This document shows, in pieces, positions 59,000-64,000 of a stretch of 64,000 bases of DNA. The notes under the pieces are model-generated. The model was not told the origin of the DNA and did no database searches. It worked only from the letters and a program-made list of their open reading frames with translations. Each line of letters starts with the position of its first letter. Within the stretch, counting starts at the first letter, position 1. This stretch comes from Candidatus Parcubacteria bacterium (GTDB taxonomy: Bacteria > Patescibacteriota > Minisyncoccia > UBA6257 > HR35), in NCBI GenBank assembly GCA_026004495.1, contig BPJG01000001.1, positions 208,750-272,749 of the forward strand. Direction: 5' to 3'. The position numbers and the translations under genes are program-made.

Positions 59000-59500
59000 T
59001 TAGTTTATTTTTTTCTTAGATTTACGACCCCACCAGGCAAAATGAGCAAAAGCTTTATTGTTTTCAGCTTGTTTTTGAATCTCTATTTTTCTTTTAATGG
59101 CATCGCCTTCATTATTATATGCAGCAATAATTTCTTCACCTAATCTAACATACATAGGTTTGCCCTTTTTATTTCTAGCTGATTCAACAATCCACTTAAC
59201 AGCTTTATAAAAACGCCTATCTGGATTAACAACCCTAGGAACCAAATAGCTAGCACCTGCTATTTTTCTTGGCCAAACTTCTACTACAGGCATAACATTT
59301 TTTAATGCCTGTTGAAAAACCTTAAAGCCATCTGAACCTGTTTTTTCTTGAATATAATTTATGGATGAATAGAAAATCTTCTGAGCTTTTATTTTTTTAC
59401 CATCTTTCATTATATTATTTACAAATCTAGTTGCAGCAATGCTATTATATATAGGATCAGCTTGCCACTTTTTTTTAATAGTTATTCTTCGTCGAGGCAT
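59000..59500 (-). CDS. rpsG: 30S ribosomal protein S7
   Basis: MPRR, MKDGKK..AQKI, AENNKAFAHF; between rpsL and fusA. Confidence 0.97.
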   Translation of the reverse strand: MPRRRITIKKKWQADPIYNSIAATRFVNNIMKDGKKIKAQKIFYSSINYIQEKTGSDGFKVFQQALKNVMPVVEVWPRKIAGASYLVPRVVNPDRRFYKAVKWIVESARNKKGKPMYVRLGEEIIAAYNNEGDAIKRKIEIQKQAENNKAFAHFAWWGRKSKKKIN

Positions 59501-59910
59501 TATTTTTCTTTTTTAGTGCCATATAATGAGCGTCCCTGTTTTCTTCCTTCTACTCCCTGAGTATCATAAACACCCCTAACAATATGATAACGAACACCTG
59601 GTAAATCTTTTACCCTACCTCCTCTAACTAAAACAATTGAGTGCTCTTGTAAATTATGACCAATTCCGGGAATATAAGCAGTTACTTCTTTGCCATTACT
59701 TAATCTAACTTTAGCAACTTTTCTTAAGGCAGAATTTGGTTTTTTAGGGGTCATTGTGTAAACTCGAACACAAACTCCTCTTTTAAATGAAGAAGGTCTA
59801 TATTTTTCTTTTTTTTTCAAAGAATTAAATATATACAAAAATGCAGTAGCTCTCTTTTTAAAAACTCTTTTTTGTCTTCCTTTTCTGATTAATTGATTAA
59901 TTGTCGGCAT
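59500..59910 (-). CDS. rpsL: 30S ribosomal protein S12
   Basis: [30 protein letters not shown]. Confidence 0.99.
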   Translation of the reverse strand: MPTINQLIRKGRQKRVFKKRATAFLYIFNSLKKKEKYRPSSFKRGVCVRVYTMTPKKPNSALRKVAKVRLSNGKEVTAYIPGIGHNLQEHSIVLVRGGRVKDLPGVRYHIVRGVYDTQGVEGRKQGRSLYGTKKEK

Positions 59911-60030
59911 ATTTTAAAAAAATTTTTTTATATAACAATAAAAAATTGTCAAATTTTAAAGACATTTTTTTATTTTTAAAATTGAAAGTCTTTAATTTTT
60001 ATAAACTTTCTTAAGTTCTTTAATTTATTT

Positions 60031-60059
60031 ATTATAAATAAAGAAAAATAAAAAATCAA
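60031..60059 (-). promoter_or_regulatory. Sigma70-type promoter of the str operon
   Basis: TTGATT-17 nt-TATAAT about 120 nt upstream of rpsL. Confidence 0.6.
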
Positions 60060-60071
60060 GAATTCTATATT

Positions 60072-61319
60072 TTAAATATTTTTTAATAAATATTTAAAGG
60101 CACTTAAACTAGTTGAGATTATTAAATAATTTTTATATATTGTCCATATTATCTTGTAATCATTATCAAAGTAAAAAATTTTATAATCTACATTTTCAAT
60201 TTTTTCGGTTAAAGAAAAATTCCTGATTAAATTTCCTTGGGGTAAAAATGAAAATATTGTTTTAATTAAATCTTTAGCTAATGTTTCTTTGTCCCATAAT
60301 CTCATAAAGGTAACTATCTGAAAATCATTAGTTATTTTGAATAATAATAAGGGAAATTTTCTAGTATGAGTATAATAAATTAAAATATAACAATCATTAT
60401 CACTTAAACTACTTTTAAAGCTATCAATAAATTTTTCTTCAATAAAAGAAGGTTTTAAAAAGTAATTTTTAATAAAAAAACAGCTTAGTGGTTCATTATT
60501 GAATAAAAAATTAATTTTATAAATCTCACCAGCTCTTTTTTGATAATTAAATAATTGTTTAAAAGATTGAGTTAAGCTTTCGTCATTAAGTTCCTTAAGA
60601 TTTACTTCTAATTCAAGAAAATTTAAATAGATAAAGCCATGGTCCTTATTTTGATTAGTTATTTCTTTTATGCCTACATCTAAAATTTGATTTTTATTAG
60701 GAGAAGCAACTTCGTTAGTTGAAGTATCCTGAGTAGAATTTATTTCGGACGAGGTAACTTGACCAACAACAGAGGATGTATTTTTATTATCATTTTTAAA
60801 AAATACGGTAATTAAATTAAGTTCATTTGAGTTTGTTGTTTTATTTTCTAATAATGTATTGGTATTAGATATTGTATTAGTTGATATCGTGGATGTAACT
60901 AATTGTTGATTTGATAAATTATTTTGTGATTGAGTATTAGTATTAGAAATAGTCAAGTTGGCAGAGGCAGTATTAAAATCTAAGGTTGATGTCTCAATAT
61001 AAGAAACCTTAAGATCTTTGGTAAAAATCTCATAAATATCTTTTCTATCATCTTTATCAGCATTTAATCTATCTGATTTATTATTTTTATAAATTAAAAA
61101 ATAATAAACCGATGATAGGCCACCTATAATGAAAATTAAGCCCAAAATAATAATAAAATAAAACTTAGGATTCTTTATTAATTTACCTTTGGTTTTTTTT
61201 ATATTTTCCTTTTCTATATTTTCCAATAGAATATTAGGGCTTTTTTCTTTATCTTGTTTTGAATCTTTTTTCAAGCCAGAGCTTATGATTTTAAATTTTA
61301 AATTTTCATTATCTTCCAT
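60072..61319 (-). CDS. Single-pass membrane protein with Ser/Thr/Asn-rich linker
   Basis: TM FYFIIILGLIFIIGGLSSVYYFLIY; C-terminal MRLWDKE...YLIISTS resembles a CPR conserved family. Confidence 0.75.
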   Translation of the reverse strand: MEDNENLKFKIISSGLKKDSKQDKEKSPNILLENIEKENIKKTKGKLIKNPKFYFIIILGLIFIIGGLSSVYYFLIYKNNKSDRLNADKDDRKDIYEIFTKDLKVSYIETSTLDFNTASANLTISNTNTQSQNNLSNQQLVTSTISTNTISNTNTLLENKTTNSNELNLITVFFKNDNKNTSSVVGQVTSSEINSTQDTSTNEVASPNKNQILDVGIKEITNQNKDHGFIYLNFLELEVNLKELNDESLTQSFKQLFNYQKRAGEIYKINFLFNNEPLSCFFIKNYFLKPSFIEEKFIDSFKSSLSDNDCYILIYYTHTRKFPLLLFKITNDFQIVTFMRLWDKETLAKDLIKTIFSFLPQGNLIRNFSLTEKIENVDYKIFYFDNDYKIIWTIYKNYLIISTSLSAFKYLLKNI

Positions 61320-61347
61320 TTATATAAATTTTTAAAAGATATTTTTT

Positions 61348-63396
61348 TTATTCATTTACTAAACTAACATATAATCTACCATCTTCATTAATTTTTTTAA
61401 TCCTTACCTTAACTATTTTGTCAATCGTATAATTATTAACTTCATTTTTAGGAATATCAGAAATATGAAGTAGGGCGGTTTTATTTAAACCTAAATCAAT
61501 TATAAAACCAAAATCTAATATTTTAACAATCTTACCCTCAAAAACATCATTGATTTTAGTATTATTAGTTGATAATTTTATTAGATTAATTGTTTTTTCA
61601 AGAGAATTTTGATCAATTGCTGTTATATAGACAGTTCCATCTTGTTTAATTTCAATTTTACTATTAGTTAAAGATATTATTTCATTTATATTCCTTCCAC
61701 CCGGTCCAATTAATAAACCAATATTATCAGGATTAACCTGATAAATCATAGCCCTAGGAACATTATCTTTCAATTCTTTTCTTGGCTCTTTAATTACTTC
61801 ATTAAATTTTTCCAAGATGAATAATCTAGCTAATTTTGCTCTTTCCAAACTTTGTTTAATAATTTCTATATTTAAACCTTCAATCTTAACATCTAGCTGA
61901 ATAGCTGTAATTCCCTTTGAAGTGCCAGCAACCTTAAAATCCATTCCTCCCCAAAAATCTTCAACCCCTTGAATATCAGTTAATAACTCATAATTTTGAT
62001 CATTTTGATAAACAATTCCTATACTAATACCTGCACACTTATTTTTTAGGGGCACTCCAGCATCTAATAAAGCTAAAGTTGAAGAACAAATACTACCCAT
62101 TGAGGTTGAACCATTAGAGGAAAGTATATCAGAAACTACTCTTATAGTATAAGGAAAATCTATTTCACTAGGTATTAAATTTTTAAGAGCCTTCTCAACC
62201 AAATTACCATGACCTATTTCTCTTCGCGATGGTGACCTAAGTGGTCCTATTTCACCAGTTGAATAAGGAGGAAAATTATAATGGTGTAAAAATCTTTTGG
62301 TACCTTCGAATTCTATTTCTCTAATTAATAAATCATCAGATGGAGAACCTAGGGTAACTGTTGATAAAACATGAGTTAGGCCTCTTTTAAAAATTGCTGA
62401 ACCATGAGCCTTGGGTAAAATATTAATATCAAAATCTATTTTTCTAATTTCATCACTTTTTCTACCATCTGGTCTAATTTTTAACTTTAAGATATTATTT
62501 TGAAAAATTAAATTAATTTTCTCTAAAACTCCTTTATAGACATAATCGAAGTTTTCAATGTTATCCCTTTCAGTTTCTAATATTTTAAAGATTTCATCAA
62601 TATTTGGCTTTTCTTTGTTGTTAAATATAAAATCTTCCAAATTAATATTAAATTTTTCTATAAACTTTTCTCCATAAGACAAGTAAGATTCTAAAAATTC
62701 TTCCTCTAAAGTAGGTTGGTATTTATTTTTAAATAAGCTAGATATCCTTTTATAAAGTTGATTTATCTTATCAATTGCTAAACTTAATGATTTAATAACA
62801 TCGTCTTCTAAAATTTCTAAGCCTTCAAATTCTATCATATTAATTTTATTTTCGATACCAGAGACGAAAATATTAAAATCACTAAATTTTTTTTCACTTT
62901 CCCTGGGATAAAAAATAAATCTATCTTCAAGCTTACAAATCTTTACCGGAATAACTGGTCCTAACCATTTATAACCTAAAAGATGAAAACCAATCGAAGA
63001 GCCTAAAAAGGCTAAAATATCAGGATCAAATTCAGGATCAAGAGATAAAACAGTATTAACAATTTGAATTTCATAGGGAAACTTTTTGATTGCCGATCTA
63101 AGACCTCTGTCAATTAATCTTGAATTTAAAATAGCTGTTTCTGAAGGCTTACCTTCTCGCCTAAAAAATCGACTCCCATAAATCTTACCCGCAGCATAAT
63201 ATTTTTCATCATAATCAACTGTTAAGGGAACAAAATCTATATTTTGTTTTTTTTCTCCAATAACAATCGTAGTTAAAACTAAGCTATCAAGACATTTTGT
63301 TAATAATGAAATATTAGCTCTTTGAGCCCAGTCATTAATTTCTAATTCAATATCAATTTTCCTAGATTCATCAAGGGTTATTAAAAATTTTTCCAT
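61348..63396 (-). CDS. pnp: Polyribonucleotide nucleotidyltransferase
   Basis: PLTVDY, RREGKPS, HYNFPPYSTGE, RREIGHG, SNGSTSMGS, GGMDFKVAG, KH and S1 domains. Confidence 0.97.
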   Translation of the reverse strand: MEKFLITLDESRKIDIELEINDWAQRANISLLTKCLDSLVLTTIVIGEKKQNIDFVPLTVDYDEKYYAAGKIYGSRFFRREGKPSETAILNSRLIDRGLRSAIKKFPYEIQIVNTVLSLDPEFDPDILAFLGSSIGFHLLGYKWLGPVIPVKICKLEDRFIFYPRESEKKFSDFNIFVSGIENKINMIEFEGLEILEDDVIKSLSLAIDKINQLYKRISSLFKNKYQPTLEEEFLESYLSYGEKFIEKFNINLEDFIFNNKEKPNIDEIFKILETERDNIENFDYVYKGVLEKINLIFQNNILKLKIRPDGRKSDEIRKIDFDINILPKAHGSAIFKRGLTHVLSTVTLGSPSDDLLIREIEFEGTKRFLHHYNFPPYSTGEIGPLRSPSRREIGHGNLVEKALKNLIPSEIDFPYTIRVVSDILSSNGSTSMGSICSSTLALLDAGVPLKNKCAGISIGIVYQNDQNYELLTDIQGVEDFWGGMDFKVAGTSKGITAIQLDVKIEGLNIEIIKQSLERAKLARLFILEKFNEVIKEPRKELKDNVPRAMIYQVNPDNIGLLIGPGGRNINEIISLTNSKIEIKQDGTVYITAIDQNSLEKTINLIKLSTNNTKINDVFEGKIVKILDFGFIIDLGLNKTALLHISDIPKNEVNNYTIDKIVKVRIKKINEDGRLYVSLVNE

Positions 63397-63412
63397 GTTA
63401 AATTGATAAAAA

Positions 63413-63919
63413 TTAAGAAATTAAAATATATTTCTTAAATTCTTCTAAATTGTAAAAATAATCAGCTAATTCTTTTAATTTTATTGATGTATTTTTAGAA
63501 AAACCAGCAATCTCAATAATATTACCCTGATTTTTAAGATATTCCACTAAGGGAACAAAATCTCCATCTCCAGTAACTAAAATAATTGTATCTGCAAATC
63601 TAGATATTCTAATGGCATCAACGGTAATACCTACATCCCAGTCAGCCTTTTTTTCGCCATCTGGCAGATGTATCATTTCTTTAATCCTTAATTCAATTCC
63701 TTTTTGAATTAATGTCTCAAAAAAAGAAATTTCTTTAGGGCTAAGATTAGATTTAACAACATAAGCTATAGCTCGAATTAAACTCCTTTCTCCTGTTAAT
63801 AATTTCACAAGGTTGGCGAAATCTATTTTTTTATTATAGAAATTTCTTGCTGAATGATATATGTTTTGAGTGTCAATAAATATAGCCACCCGTTGATTTT
63901 GATAATGAAGAGGGTTCAT
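63413..63919 (-). CDS. NYN-domain (LabA/DUF88) protein
   Basis: FIDTQNIY, KADWDVGITVD, TGDGDFVPL. Confidence 0.92.
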   Translation of the reverse strand: MNPLHYQNQRVAIFIDTQNIYHSARNFYNKKIDFANLVKLLTGERSLIRAIAYVVKSNLSPKEISFFETLIQKGIELRIKEMIHLPDGEKKADWDVGITVDAIRISRFADTIILVTGDGDFVPLVEYLKNQGNIIEIAGFSKNTSIKLKELADYFYNLEEFKKYILIS

Positions 63920-64000
63920 ATTTTCAATCTTTTTTTTATTAACCTATAGCTTTCTACAGATTTTTTCTCTAAATACTTCAAAAGCCTTCTTCTTTTAACA
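63916..64000 (-). CDS. rpsO: 3' end of 30S ribosomal protein S15 (partial)
   Basis: Manual translation VKRRRLLKYLEKKSVESYRLIKKRLKI*; ATGA overlap with the NYN gene; upstream of pnp. Confidence 0.85.
   Translation of the reverse strand, partial: VKRRRLLKYLEKKSVESYRLIKKRLKI

Noticed and set aside
1-64000. CRISPR array, rRNA or IS elements
   Set aside because: No regularly spaced repeats, rRNA-like G/C-rich tracts or transposase ORFs seen

Overview
Very AT-rich bacterial chromosomal segment, most consistent with a Patescibacteria/CPR (Parcubacteria-like) genome from a warm or hot habitat. The basis is CPR-typical hypothetical families, broken-up ribosomal operons, no Shine-Dalgarno motifs, TGA used as stop (code 11) and a BpsA branched-polyamine synthase. 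Housekeeping genes: rplK, nusG, trmD, khpA, a mini-alaS, mnmA, topA, rplT, metG, murC, rodA, rnc, nusB, rpmF, ndk, tyrS, rnj, fusA, rpsG, rpsL, pnp and partial rpsO, plus three tRNAs and RNase P RNA. Accessory content: two tandem giant type IV pilin-adhesin fusions (1080 and 1940 aa), a 13-kb glycan-modification locus, a cluster of decayed toxin-antitoxin genes, SOD, BpsA, two divergent dockerin-like surface proteins and three minor pilins appended to the str operon. The most notable signals are (1) an apparent two-mode, SD-free initiation grammar, with leaderless genes (TATAAT 6-7 nt before ATG) versus leadered genes carrying a GTCG motif 20-29 nt upstream; (2) metG starting on the base right after tRNA-Glu; (3) the giant modular pilins; (4) dockerin-like domains resembling an Armatimonadota C-terminal module (possible host mimicry); (5) a candidate RSPP ribosome-arrest peptide. 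All calls are from reading motifs by eye; no database searches were run.
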